A stretch of 59,781 nucleotides of DNA from positions 1 to 59,781 of IMG/VR virus record IMGVR_UViG_3300009419_000837. One strand, given 5' to 3'. Positions 19,759 to 28,921 of this stretch are shown piece after piece. Under the pieces are notes generated by a model. It was given only the letters and a program-made list of their open reading frames with translations, did no database searches and was not told where the DNA came from. How positions within the stretch are numbered: the first letter of the stretch is position 1; each line of letters opens with the position of its first letter. This stretch comes from a virus (lineage: Duplodnaviria > Caudoviricetes). The position numbers and the translations under genes are program-made.

Positions 19759-21225
19759 CTAGTCCGCAATTCCGCCATTGACAGTGATTGTTATAGTTCC
19801 TGCCGATGGAATTTCATTTACTAAAAACACAGCGTCATCTGTGCCAGTTTGAGATTCATCTTCTCTAGCCAGTAGAGTCACATTTGAGTATGAGACACCA
19901 GAGGCTCCAGCTAACGCTTCGATAACGTAGTGAAGAGAAATACGATCAGCAAAGTTCACGTTGTCAAACGCTAAAATCTCTGCGAGCGCTGTTTCAGCGT
20001 TTCTCTTTACAACACTTTGCTTGTATTGAGGTAGCGCTTGAATAGTTGCAGTGATATTGACACCAACAAAAGTTGGGGGGAACAAAGTTAAGGTTACGTT
20101 AGGAGGTGTTTTATCAATAAAAAACTGACCAAGTCTGTTTGATAACTGGTTAAACACAGGAGTAAGAGTTCCGCTACCGTCCGCACCAGGGTCTCCGTAA
20201 GGAGCGATGTAAAGGTTTACGCTTGTGTAAACTTCAGAGGTAGCAATTGCTTTTGCTACTCCAGTTACTTGAACAGCTAAATCACCGTAGTCACGTAGTG
20301 ATACAGCACGGTTTACAGCGCGAATACTTGAAGGAGCGTTGATACGGATTGAATCTGTTGACTCTAGATCGGCTCCACCACTTGCTGCTTCTGTGTTGTT
20401 TACACTTAGACCAGCCGAGTAGTTTGTAAGAATATTAGTGATGGTGTTGGCGTTTACGTTACCCTGAGTTCCTCCACCAATTCGGTATGTAACAAGGATC
20501 TGCGAGTTTGCAGGCGGAATGCGACCACTTACCGCGTCACCAAACACAATAGATGTAACTTCATCTGCGTCAGTTTTACTATAGAAAACTGGGTCAGTTC
20601 CCGCAGCGTCGATAATGTAAGGGACTGCGTTGTACACAGTGTCATTTACTGTAACGCTGATGCTGTTGCTAATAACTGGACCGTTTAGGAGTACAAACTC
20701 TTGATCTGAAGTTCCATCTGAGTTGCCAACTACTTCTTCAATAATCGTAACGCCTTCAGTAGCCAACACGTCTGCTTGGCCAGGTGTTGCTCCGACAGCC
20801 GCAGGCACAGATAGGACGGCGTCTGTTTCAAAAATGATCTGGGTATTAGCGCCGTTTACAACAGTGGTGCTTGCAACCTGAGTAAGGGCTGGGACAATAA
20901 TTGCCGAGCCAGTAGAGTTTGAGAAGGTTAAAGTAGCTGTGGCTGGAACGCTATCTGTTGGGGTGTAGCCCAAAATGTTAGCGATTCGCAATACGCTTTC
21001 ACGCTGGCTTGCGGTAGTAAGAAACGACTCGTTTGCTGCTCGGTCGATGTAGTAGTTGAGGAGGTCTCCCATATAGGAAAACATCTCAAGCAAGATAATG
21101 CCAAAGTCAGCCGAGTCACGGCTAGTCCACTCAGGAGCATACAGCGGAATAAGGTTGAGTAGGTCTTCTCTGATAGACGCGTAATCACGAGATGTGTAGT
21201 CAACTTGCGGAATAAAGTTAGCCAT
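19759..21225 (-). CDS. Baseplate J / gp6-like wedge protein
   Basis: DYTSRDYASIREDL..PEWT..DFG.ILLE, FGDAVSGRIP, YRIGGG..GNV, ASGGAD.ES, RAVSLRDY. Confidence 0.92.
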   Translation of the reverse strand: MANFIPQVDYTSRDYASIREDLLNLIPLYAPEWTSRDSADFGIILLEMFSYMGDLLNYYIDRAANESFLTTASQRESVLRIANILGYTPTDSVPATATLTFSNSTGSAIIVPALTQVASTTVVNGANTQIIFETDAVLSVPAAVGATPGQADVLATEGVTIIEEVVGNSDGTSDQEFVLLNGPVISNSISVTVNDTVYNAVPYIIDAAGTDPVFYSKTDADEVTSIVFGDAVSGRIPPANSQILVTYRIGGGTQGNVNANTITNILTNYSAGLSVNNTEAASGGADLESTDSIRINAPSSIRAVNRAVSLRDYGDLAVQVTGVAKAIATSEVYTSVNLYIAPYGDPGADGSGTLTPVFNQLSNRLGQFFIDKTPPNVTLTLFPPTFVGVNITATIQALPQYKQSVVKRNAETALAEILAFDNVNFADRISLHYVIEALAGASGVSYSNVTLLAREDESQTGTDDAVFLVNEIPSAGTITITVNGGIAD

Positions 21226-21632
21226 TACTGGATCTCCTGAATGAGTTCACCAGCTCGAGTAAACGAGCCAATTTTTGCGGTTACGCTGTCTTTTTGTTTA
21301 TTAGGTAATAGATAGTCTACATAAATAACGAAACCTTCGTCACCTAACTCCCCATACTCCTTGACTACTTTTACAGATAGTAGGGATAGTTCTGGCAAGT
21401 ACTGGTTAAAAGCCGAAGTTACAGCTCGACGTACGTACTCACCTACAGCGCCCTCTGGCTCGAACACGGAAGACTTTGCAAGGCTTCCAAAGTTAGGGCG
21501 CATCACGCGTTCACTAGGTAGTGTGAAGATGACTCCAAGGACACGATCTGACCATGTCTTAGAGACCAAGTTAGTTGTGTTTACCCCACCAGAGACGGTG
21601 AAAGAAAACGGCAAGGAAATTACTGAACCCAT
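21225..21632 (-). CDS. gp25/W-like baseplate wedge protein
   Basis: ISLPF...ERVMRPNFGS...FEP. Confidence 0.85.
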   Translation of the reverse strand: MGSVISLPFSFTVSGGVNTTNLVSKTWSDRVLGVIFTLPSERVMRPNFGSLAKSSVFEPEGAVGEYVRRAVTSAFNQYLPELSLLSVKVVKEYGELGDEGFVIYVDYLLPNKQKDSVTAKIGSFTRAGELIQEIQ

Positions 21633-22312
21633 TATGACGCTCCAATCCAAAGCGGGAAGTTTGGATCCCCGCCCTCAAACATTGCCCATACCGGAGTATT
21701 CGGCTGGGGTTTCCATTTTCCAACTAGGTTTATAGATGCAATCACTCCCGGAATAGCAGGCCCAGTATTGGCGGCGTAAGAAGTCACAGAGATGTTAGTA
21801 GCACTAGCAGAGCCGTAGAACTCTATGTACTCTCCTACTTTTAAATCCAAGATCAAACCAGCAGTCATAACTACTTCAGCGCCTTGACCAGAAACGGTTA
21901 TTCTTGTACCAGTCTTTGGAATATTGACACCATTTTTTCTAATCCATATGTCCGCTGTACCAGCACTTGAGTTGCTTTTTACAATTACAGCCGAGAACTG
22001 TAGAAAATAGTCGCCCGTTTCTTGAACGTAGATTCTGTTATTAGATAAGTACATTCTGTTAGTGTCATCTTCAGCAAACCCAGTTATTTTAGTTGCCGTA
22101 TTTACGCCAAGCGCTTGAGTACCAGATGTGGAGAAAGACCCGTAAGGGTATTTCGTCTGGCTAATAGCTCCGCCTACTGGCCATGCCCAGTTAGTCACAG
22201 ATTGACCAAGAACCTGAGGAACAATCAGGGTAACGCGACCCAAGTTCTCAGGATCGTTTGCATCCGCTACAACTGCTCGGTACATGCCATAAAATTTGTT
22301 TTCAGAGTACAC
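21632..22312 (-). CDS. gp5/gpV-type OB-fold protein with an inserted C1q/TNF-like domain
   Basis: YRAVVADANDPENLGRV..VP...WAWP and VWAMFEGGDPNFPLWIG flank a roughly 140-aa beta-sandwich insert. Confidence 0.8.
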   Translation of the reverse strand: MYSENKFYGMYRAVVADANDPENLGRVTLIVPQVLGQSVTNWAWPVGGAISQTKYPYGSFSTSGTQALGVNTATKITGFAEDDTNRMYLSNNRIYVQETGDYFLQFSAVIVKSNSSAGTADIWIRKNGVNIPKTGTRITVSGQGAEVVMTAGLILDLKVGEYIEFYGSASATNISVTSYAANTGPAIPGVIASINLVGKWKPQPNTPVWAMFEGGDPNFPLWIGAS

Positions 22313-22372
22313 CTTTACTCCTTAACTTTTTAACGACAGTTTGAGGCCTTGTTTTAGTTTTGGTGATGTTGG

Positions 22373-23641
22373 TCAAGTTCCCGAAGGGCTAACCCACTTC
22401 TTAGCAATAATGACTTGGTTTGCTGTTTTTGGTTTTGTTCTGTTCTTAATGTTTCCAAAACCTACTTGAGCGTTTTTAGTTGGAGAAAGTGAGCCAGTTT
22501 TTAAAGTGGTCTTTGGCTTTTTGTTGGTCTGTCGTACGTTAGGAATAATCTTTCGTTTAGCGCGAGAGTTTGGCACTCTAACCACTTTATTATCGGCACC
22601 AGCAACTGCACTGCCCAATGAGTCTGTTCCTAGAGTTAACTCTGTTGTGTACATGAACTGTGTGTAGCCAGTTGATGTTAGTTTGTGTTCGGCTTCTAAG
22701 ATGACCCAAAAACCTGAGTAGTCCTCGTTCACTCCGTCGATAAAAACAGGAACATCGGGATGAAGCCCTGGGTCGCCTAACGCCTCTGCCTTAGCACGGT
22801 AAGGAAATCTATTACGTTGATCAGACGACTCAGATTCACTTTTAGCAACACTGTAATCGTTTGCGACAGTTGCGCTAGAAAATCTATCAAAAAATTCTGG
22901 TTCAGATCGTGTCTTTGTTGTTTTTGGGCGCAATTGGTTAGTCACTTGAATAACTTTACCTGTGTAAGCGTCCACGCCAGATACAGCAGTTGCAGACTTG
23001 TATTCCCCATCGTGCTCCAAGCTTTCACCAATTAAAGGGTTGAACGAGTACAGGGTGCTTCCCGCTGGGTCGTCTGCGTCTCTAAGGGTCAAGATTTGAG
23101 CGTTTTCTCTTCCTTCTTCGTACACTTTAAGCATTGGCTGAAAGTGAATCTCAGCGTTTTTAAATCTAGCAGAGTACCCGCACTGCTTAGCCAACTTGTT
23201 AATCATTTCCATGTCGGTAAGCCCAGCTTGAGATATTTGAGGATATACGCGTGGGTGCGGGGCTACTCGGTATGCAAAGTTGTTGCGTTTTGCAATTTCA
23301 ATAACAATTTCAGAAGCAGTTCGATTTTTATAGGTTGTTTGAGAAGTCTGCTTTAAGTAGTACGATGCTCCAATAAAGTGAACTTCTACATAGTTTTTTC
23401 CAGGAGTGAGGTTAGGCTTAATGTGGTGCACGTACCCACTAAAAGTCTCTACATTGTTATCGCCCTGAAGGGTGAACCGCATAGGAGTTCCCGGACGAAC
23501 GTTGTTGTAGGCAGGGTTCCAGTCACGAAACTTGAATGTTGCAAAATCGTGCTTGTATCTAGACTGCCAAAAGTTCATCTCTAGAACTTGCACAAGTTCT
23601 TCGTCTGCGTTTGGAAACTCAACACTTACAAAGTTATACAT
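22373..23641 (-). CDS. Baseplate hub (gp27/D-like); probably extends to 22302 via a 1-nt lesion
   Basis: FSGYV, TASEIVIEIAKRN, Q...TDMEMINKLAKQCG, GFWVILEAEH; position between the LysM and gp5 genes. Confidence 0.8.
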   Translation of the reverse strand: MYNFVSVEFPNADEELVQVLEMNFWQSRYKHDFATFKFRDWNPAYNNVRPGTPMRFTLQGDNNVETFSGYVHHIKPNLTPGKNYVEVHFIGASYYLKQTSQTTYKNRTASEIVIEIAKRNNFAYRVAPHPRVYPQISQAGLTDMEMINKLAKQCGYSARFKNAEIHFQPMLKVYEEGRENAQILTLRDADDPAGSTLYSFNPLIGESLEHDGEYKSATAVSGVDAYTGKVIQVTNQLRPKTTKTRSEPEFFDRFSSATVANDYSVAKSESESSDQRNRFPYRAKAEALGDPGLHPDVPVFIDGVNEDYSGFWVILEAEHKLTSTGYTQFMYTTELTLGTDSLGSAVAGADNKVVRVPNSRAKRKIIPNVRQTNKKPKTTLKTGSLSPTKNAQVGFGNIKNRTKPKTANQVIIAKKWVSPSGT

Positions 23642-23915
23642 TTGGTATCCTCAACACCTGTCCTGGCCGTATATTGTCTGGGTCAGAGATATCAGGATTG
23701 TGGTCAAGAATTGTCCACCACATGTCAGGGCGGTCGTAGTATCGCTGAGCGATGCTATCTAGTCTTTCTCCCTCGATGTAGGTGTGCTCTAGGTAAGAAA
23801 AAGTTCCTAATTCGTCAAAACTGTAAAACACAACAGCGTTTGCATCAGCATCCTGTGAGGTAGAAACGAAGTCAACAACAGAGTATTCGTATCTAGATCC
23901 TTGAAAGATTCCCAT
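23634..23915 (-). CDS. LysM / tail-X baseplate protein
   Basis: EGERLDSIAQRYYDRPDMWWTILDHNP...PGQVLRIP. Confidence 0.88.
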   Translation of the reverse strand: MGIFQGSRYEYSVVDFVSTSQDADANAVVFYSFDELGTFSYLEHTYIEGERLDSIAQRYYDRPDMWWTILDHNPDISDPDNIRPGQVLRIPNV

Positions 23916-23922
23916 GGTTCTC

Positions 23923-25071
23923 CTACTTAGTTGGGGCTACTGGAGCCGCTGTACCGTCGCTTGCAATACCCGCAGATGCCATCAAGTTCATTGAGATCTG
24001 AACGTCTGTGCGGAATGGGGTCATATCTTGGCTAAAAGCTAAGTGATTAACAGTCAATCCGTTAATGTACCCAATGTATGAAGATGGACCAATGTCTACT
24101 CGAAGAAGCGTTGCAGACAAATAACCAATATCAGAAGTGTTTCTTCCACTGATGCTCTTCCAGTTAGGTCCGTTTACCGCTTTGTAGATGTATTCAATAT
24201 CAGCCAGAGTGCCTAGTTCTAAAAGTTCTCTGATCTTATCTCGCATACTTTCACCGGGAACTAAAGAGAACCCAGTAGAGTAATACTGCGCCATTTGATC
24301 GATTGCTGGACCCTCTGTTGAAGCAGCCAAGATACCTGCAAGAGTAGTTGTGTTTACTGAACCTGAACTTCCAGCAACCGCTAAAGATGCTGGAGAAATA
24401 AGGTTCAAAGAAGACGCGTAGTCTTTTTTAAGCAAGTTTCGTAAACAAGTAAAGTCGTTTGTTCTATCAACTCTGATTGTAAAACTGATGGTTTCTCCGC
24501 TAGGGAAGGCTCCAGCTACACCTACGAAACGATCCGCTGGTGTAGGAGTAACTTCTGTGTTTAAAGAAACAGATGTAGAAAACGTTTCTGGGTTCCATAA
24601 GAACTGGAATCCGTACTTTCGGTCATCTCCATCGATCTGATTTTTTGGATTACCCTTAACGTTACTTGCGTAACTGTTTTTGGTGTTTGCATACCACCAT
24701 AGACGACCGCGTCGGTATCTTTCATCTACCGTACCCAACTTAGGGTTCAACGGATCGACATACACATCTGGGTGCATATCTATCGCACGAACTGGCAAAC
24801 TCCACTTGTGTGGTGGAAGGTTCCAGCGGTAGTTTAAAGGTTCTGTAGGAGGTTGCTTATCAGCATCTACCTTAGGCTTCTTCTTAAGAGCCGCCGCCGC
24901 TTTAGCAGCAGCCTTTTGTGCTTCTGCTTCTTTTTTAGCTCTAGCAGCCGCTCCGCGCTTTAAGCGTTCGGTCTCTCCCGGAATTCTAGCAATTCGTGCT
25001 CGTTCTCTTTCAGAGGCCGCTGCTGCTGCGCGAGCAGAGTCCGGGCTACTGGTTACGATGTTCTGAGACAT
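23923..25071 (-). CDS. Tail tube initiator-like protein
   Basis: FQFLWNPETFS...ISFTI...GYINGLTVNH..F...P.R..V; between the tape measure and LysM genes. Confidence 0.65.
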   Translation of the reverse strand: MSQNIVTSSPDSARAAAAASERERARIARIPGETERLKRGAAARAKKEAEAQKAAAKAAAALKKKPKVDADKQPPTEPLNYRWNLPPHKWSLPVRAIDMHPDVYVDPLNPKLGTVDERYRRGRLWWYANTKNSYASNVKGNPKNQIDGDDRKYGFQFLWNPETFSTSVSLNTEVTPTPADRFVGVAGAFPSGETISFTIRVDRTNDFTCLRNLLKKDYASSLNLISPASLAVAGSSGSVNTTTLAGILAASTEGPAIDQMAQYYSTGFSLVPGESMRDKIRELLELGTLADIEYIYKAVNGPNWKSISGRNTSDIGYLSATLLRVDIGPSSYIGYINGLTVNHLAFSQDMTPFRTDVQISMNLMASAGIASDGTAAPVAPTK

Positions 25072-27332
25072 TATCGGTTTACCGCCTTTTCACGAATATT
25101 ATCATCTGACAAAACACGACGAACTTCGTTAGCAATTGCTTTTACATCAGATGCAGAGTTCTCTGGCATATTAAATGTAATTGTAACTCCACCGTAGTTA
25201 ATAGTCTGAGCTTCGCTGTGGCTTTTGTTAAACATTCCATACGAAGTAGCAGATGTAGGACCTTCTCCGCCCATAGGTTGCAAAATTAAATTTCCAGCGC
25301 CTTTTTTTAAAGTCAAACTGTCACCGCTAGAAGGAACCGCGCCTCCAGTTAAAGTATTGGCGTTTGCTCCAGATAGATACGACATAGGATCTAACTTGTT
25401 TCCACCCTTGCGAACTTCAAAGTGCAGGTGTGGACCAGTAGATGAGCCAGAGTTACCGCTGTAACCAACAAGATCTCCAGCCTTAACCCTAGTGCCACCT
25501 TCAACTAATTTACGGCTTAGGTGACCAAAGAAGTTTTCAGCGCCATCTGAGTTTGATGTTTTAATGTAATTTCCAAAACCAGGTGCGTCATACCCAGTAG
25601 GCTCTACTACTCCGTCAGTAACCGCGTATACAGGAGTTCCTTCTGGAACACCGTAGTCAACACCTCCGTGAGGTTTTCCGTAAGAAGGGCTCTTCTGACC
25701 GTTGTTAAATGTAAGGTGACGGATCTTTCCAAACTCACTTGTAATTGGAGGCTTTCCAGAAAGAGGGTAAACCATTCCAAGAGAGGCCTCCGCAACATCA
25801 TCGCTTCCTCCGCCCTCGCCATAAGGATTCATGATAGATGCCGCTCCGCCAGCTACCGATCCAGCAATTGCAGCGTATGGGTTTTTAGTCGCAGCAAGTG
25901 TCGTTAACCCGCCTTGTAAAGTGTCAAAAGCAACGTTACCGCCAGTACGCAACCAGTCTGGTACATCCGCTTTATTTAAATAGTTTTGTAAAACTTCCAT
26001 TCCGCCGTACACAGCAGCGCCGCTAAGAAATCTTCCGCCAAATTTCTTAAGCCCACCCCATACGGATTTTCCAACAGACTTAACGCCAGTACCTAGTTTT
26101 CCAAAAGCTTTTCCACCAAATAAACTTCCAGCAAAACTTCCAAGCAATCCTCCAGCCATACCAAGACCAGTTGCTCCTGCTCCATTTCCAGAAGTTGCAA
26201 TGGTGTCTAAGAAGCCTTTTGATTCAAGAACTTTACGGAAAGCGTCTCCCATAATTCCAGCATCTCTAGCAAGATCAGCAACTTTATTACTTGCAGTAGC
26301 CAATAGTTCGTTGGCTTTTTCAAAACCTTTAAGGGTTGCTGGAGCAACTGCTTGAATTGCGTTAAGAGATGCGGCATTTCTGTCGCTCATAGAGGTAACA
26401 GCGCTAGTAGTTGCCCCAGATTTGTCTAACGATTCTTTTGTAAATGACCCTCCACCAGCCTTCTGGTAAAGAGCAGAAATAACACCTTGGCGAAGAACGG
26501 GGTCATTACCAAAGTACTGATCCATCATAGAAGCAAGAGCATTACCTGGTTGTAAAGAAAGAGACAAGTCTTGCTTAGTAATCTTGCTTGAGCCACTCTT
26601 TTGGCTATTAATATTTTTCCAAAGGTCGTTAGCGATGTCTTCAAAACTACGTTGTAGTCCGTCAGATCCTCGAACGTTAACGCCAATCATGCGGAGCATG
26701 TTTACGTTTCGACCTTGGTTAAGTGCGGCCATCGCTTGCATACCGCCAGATACACCGACTCCTGGCATAAGGTTAGAAATGGTTGCAGCACTTTGTGCAA
26801 TAGAGCTAAAGTTTTTAAGTCCCGGCATTAAGCCTTGGGTAGCGCCAATCATAGAGGCGCGAGCAGCGTCTAGAGGGTCAGTAGTTGTTCCCTGACGTGC
26901 CATCTGTAACTGTGTAGCATTGGCGTTTGCTCCACCATAGAAACCAAAACGCGAGCGCAGTAAGTCTTGTTCAAAAGATTGCTGAACAGTTGGCATCGCT
27001 TGCATAGCCATGCCGCCGACTTTTAGAGCGCCTTGAAGGATCTTTAATCCTAGGCTTGGACCGCCTCCACCGCTCTTACTTCCGTCGTTTTCTTCAGCTG
27101 TGTTGGTTCCAGTAGATTGTCCAAAACTTGAACCTAAAAGATTTCCAGAGCCACCACCGGGAAATGCTCCCTTTAAATTCTTAGAGATTTCTTCTGAGAG
27201 CTTTTTAGTTTTTTCTAGTTCCGCATTGAGGGTTTTAAATGCAGACGTCAGGTCAGCAACGAGTTCGGTCTTACGGCTAAAAATTCCGCCGCCACCACCG
27301 ACACCCATTGCTGATCCAGTATCTTTAGCCAC
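25071..27332 (-). CDS. Tape measure protein with C-terminal M23 peptidase
   Basis: Ala/Gly-rich helical body; HGGVDYG...HLS...STGPHLHFEV M23 motifs. Confidence 0.88.
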   Translation of the reverse strand: MAKDTGSAMGVGGGGGIFSRKTELVADLTSAFKTLNAELEKTKKLSEEISKNLKGAFPGGGSGNLLGSSFGQSTGTNTAEENDGSKSGGGGPSLGLKILQGALKVGGMAMQAMPTVQQSFEQDLLRSRFGFYGGANANATQLQMARQGTTTDPLDAARASMIGATQGLMPGLKNFSSIAQSAATISNLMPGVGVSGGMQAMAALNQGRNVNMLRMIGVNVRGSDGLQRSFEDIANDLWKNINSQKSGSSKITKQDLSLSLQPGNALASMMDQYFGNDPVLRQGVISALYQKAGGGSFTKESLDKSGATTSAVTSMSDRNAASLNAIQAVAPATLKGFEKANELLATASNKVADLARDAGIMGDAFRKVLESKGFLDTIATSGNGAGATGLGMAGGLLGSFAGSLFGGKAFGKLGTGVKSVGKSVWGGLKKFGGRFLSGAAVYGGMEVLQNYLNKADVPDWLRTGGNVAFDTLQGGLTTLAATKNPYAAIAGSVAGGAASIMNPYGEGGGSDDVAEASLGMVYPLSGKPPITSEFGKIRHLTFNNGQKSPSYGKPHGGVDYGVPEGTPVYAVTDGVVEPTGYDAPGFGNYIKTSNSDGAENFFGHLSRKLVEGGTRVKAGDLVGYSGNSGSSTGPHLHFEVRKGGNKLDPMSYLSGANANTLTGGAVPSSGDSLTLKKGAGNLILQPMGGEGPTSATSYGMFNKSHSEAQTINYGGVTITFNMPENSASDVKAIANEVRRVLSDDNIREKAVNR

Positions 27333-27334
27333 AG

Positions 27335-27484
27335 TTATCTCCTACGTCCAGATCTTTCGATCCAATTTTTGCGTTCACGAAATGACAATGATCGGATATC
27401 CGTCAAAGTCCATCCAGTAAAGTGCCGAGTTAGTGCTTCAAATTGGTCCAAAAGATTTACGTAGTCCTCGTCTTTATACTCGAA
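27335..27484 (-). CDS. Tail assembly chaperone C-terminal extension, probably reached by +1 frameshift (FEYKDEDYVNLLDQFEALTRHFTGWTLTDIRSLSFRERKNWIERSGRRR)
   Basis: 50-codon frame filling the chaperone-to-tape-measure gap. GW...I..L...ER..W resembles chaperone GT extensions. No ATG in the frame. Confidence 0.75.
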   Translation of the reverse strand, partial: FEYKDEDYVNLLDQFEALTRHFTGWTLTDIRSLSFRERKNWIERSGRRR

Positions 27485-28271
27485 ACAACGCTGCTAAGGT
27501 CAACGGCATAGGAATATCCTCGCCGCATGCCTCGCAAGCCTTCTTCACCTCCCCAAGGCGTGGGCCTGGGTTACGTTCTAGAATTTGTTGCACGAGTATT
27601 TCACGATCTTTCCAGCTGAGCTTTAGCACTGATGTTGCTCCCATAGAAGGGCTTCCACCAATAGATGCTATGCACCCAGACAGTAAAATTGTATTCAATT
27701 CTGCTGCTGTTTTGTCGGAATTCTCAAGCAGTCTTCGTTGTGTAAGACCAGTTGGTAGACCAACAATTACAGTTCCAAGTTTTGACTGGTACTCCCATAG
27801 TCGATCTTCTACAGGATCTTCCAAAGTCTTAACTGGAATATCGTTATCTAAGTCCAAAATAATGGACTGTTCTGCTGAGCAAGTCGGGCATGACCCAGAA
27901 AACTCAATGTTTTTACCAAACGTTGCTTTACGAACTCCAATAAGGATCGCGTCTCGGTCTCCTGAAAGCAACGTATCTAAATCTTCTTTAGATGTTGACT
28001 CCATACCAAGGCTTACAAGTCCTCGTTGTAGCATCGTGTTAAGGGCACGTCCAGTACTTCCAGAACGAGCAATTGCTTCCTCGTCTGCACCGTTTAGTTC
28101 ACGTACTTCTGCGTACTTAACTAAGGCGCCTTCCCGGTTAATAAATCCTCCGGGAAGGGCGACCTCAGTATCAGACGGTGCCTGAGTAGTGATTGCTACT
28201 ACAGGCTCCGCTGTAAACTGCTTTGCGGCTTGTGCTAGGGATGATGGATCAGAGAGCATAGGCTCGGTCAC
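27474..28271 (-). CDS. Tail assembly chaperone / T4 gp26-gp51-like hub assembly protein
   Basis: ELNGADEE, LLSGDRDAILIGVR..TFG, two CxxC pairs; between the tube and tape measure genes. Confidence 0.8.
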   Translation of the reverse strand: MTEPMLSDPSSLAQAAKQFTAEPVVAITTQAPSDTEVALPGGFINREGALVKYAEVRELNGADEEAIARSGSTGRALNTMLQRGLVSLGMESTSKEDLDTLLSGDRDAILIGVRKATFGKNIEFSGSCPTCSAEQSIILDLDNDIPVKTLEDPVEDRLWEYQSKLGTVIVGLPTGLTQRRLLENSDKTAAELNTILLSGCIASIGGSPSMGATSVLKLSWKDREILVQQILERNPGPRLGEVKKACEACGEDIPMPLTLAALFRV

Positions 28272-28296
28272 GATTAATTCTCCTTATAAAGTTAGA

Positions 28297-28905
28297 TTAT
28301 GCGCTTGCTAGTGGCTTGAAGTCTTTATCAGTATAGAACACAGACAGACCTTCGTGTACAACGCCCATGGTTTCAACCATAAGGTTGTTTCCACCTGCAT
28401 CTAGGTCAGAGTAGTTAAGAGTTGAGATCCATGCGTTGTGTACATGGAAACCCATCTTAGGAACGTTAGAACCGCCCTCACCAGTGGTTGTAGCAGTTGC
28501 GTTGCTAGCTGCTGGGTGATCCAAGACGTAAATCTTGATATCGCAACGGAAGTCGTTCTCGCCTAGGGCGATTCCGTCTCCTGCTGCTGCAGCGAACAGG
28601 TGCTTCATCCAGTTGATTGCCTGATCGTTCTTGTAGATAACTCCACGGTTAAATGAAATTGGGTTGAATGTTGTCATTCCAGGTACTTGGTGAATAGTGG
28701 TGTTGTATCCACCTTCACGGTACGCAATGCTCTGAGTGTTAATACCAAGACCAGAGATCTGAGTAAAACCACCGCTGAAGCCAGTGATCTTTGAGCTTAC
28801 CTTACTGCCCTGTTGTGGAGCAAGGAACTCTGCGTAGAACCGAAACGAACGAAGTGGATCGGTCGCCACGCTTGAGAAGCGATTGATTACGCTATCTGTT
28901 GCCAT
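28297..28905 (-). CDS. Tail tube protein (T4 gp19-like)
   Basis: DPLRSFRF, GFTQISGL, YREGG...PG...I.F.RG, NAW...SDLDA. Confidence 0.92.
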   Translation of the reverse strand: MATDSVINRFSSVATDPLRSFRFYAEFLAPQQGSKVSSKITGFSGGFTQISGLGINTQSIAYREGGYNTTIHQVPGMTTFNPISFNRGVIYKNDQAINWMKHLFAAAAGDGIALGENDFRCDIKIYVLDHPAASNATATTTGEGGSNVPKMGFHVHNAWISTLNYSDLDAGGNNLMVETMGVVHEGLSVFYTDKDFKPLASA

Positions 28906-28921
28906 TTTTTATTTGTCTCCT

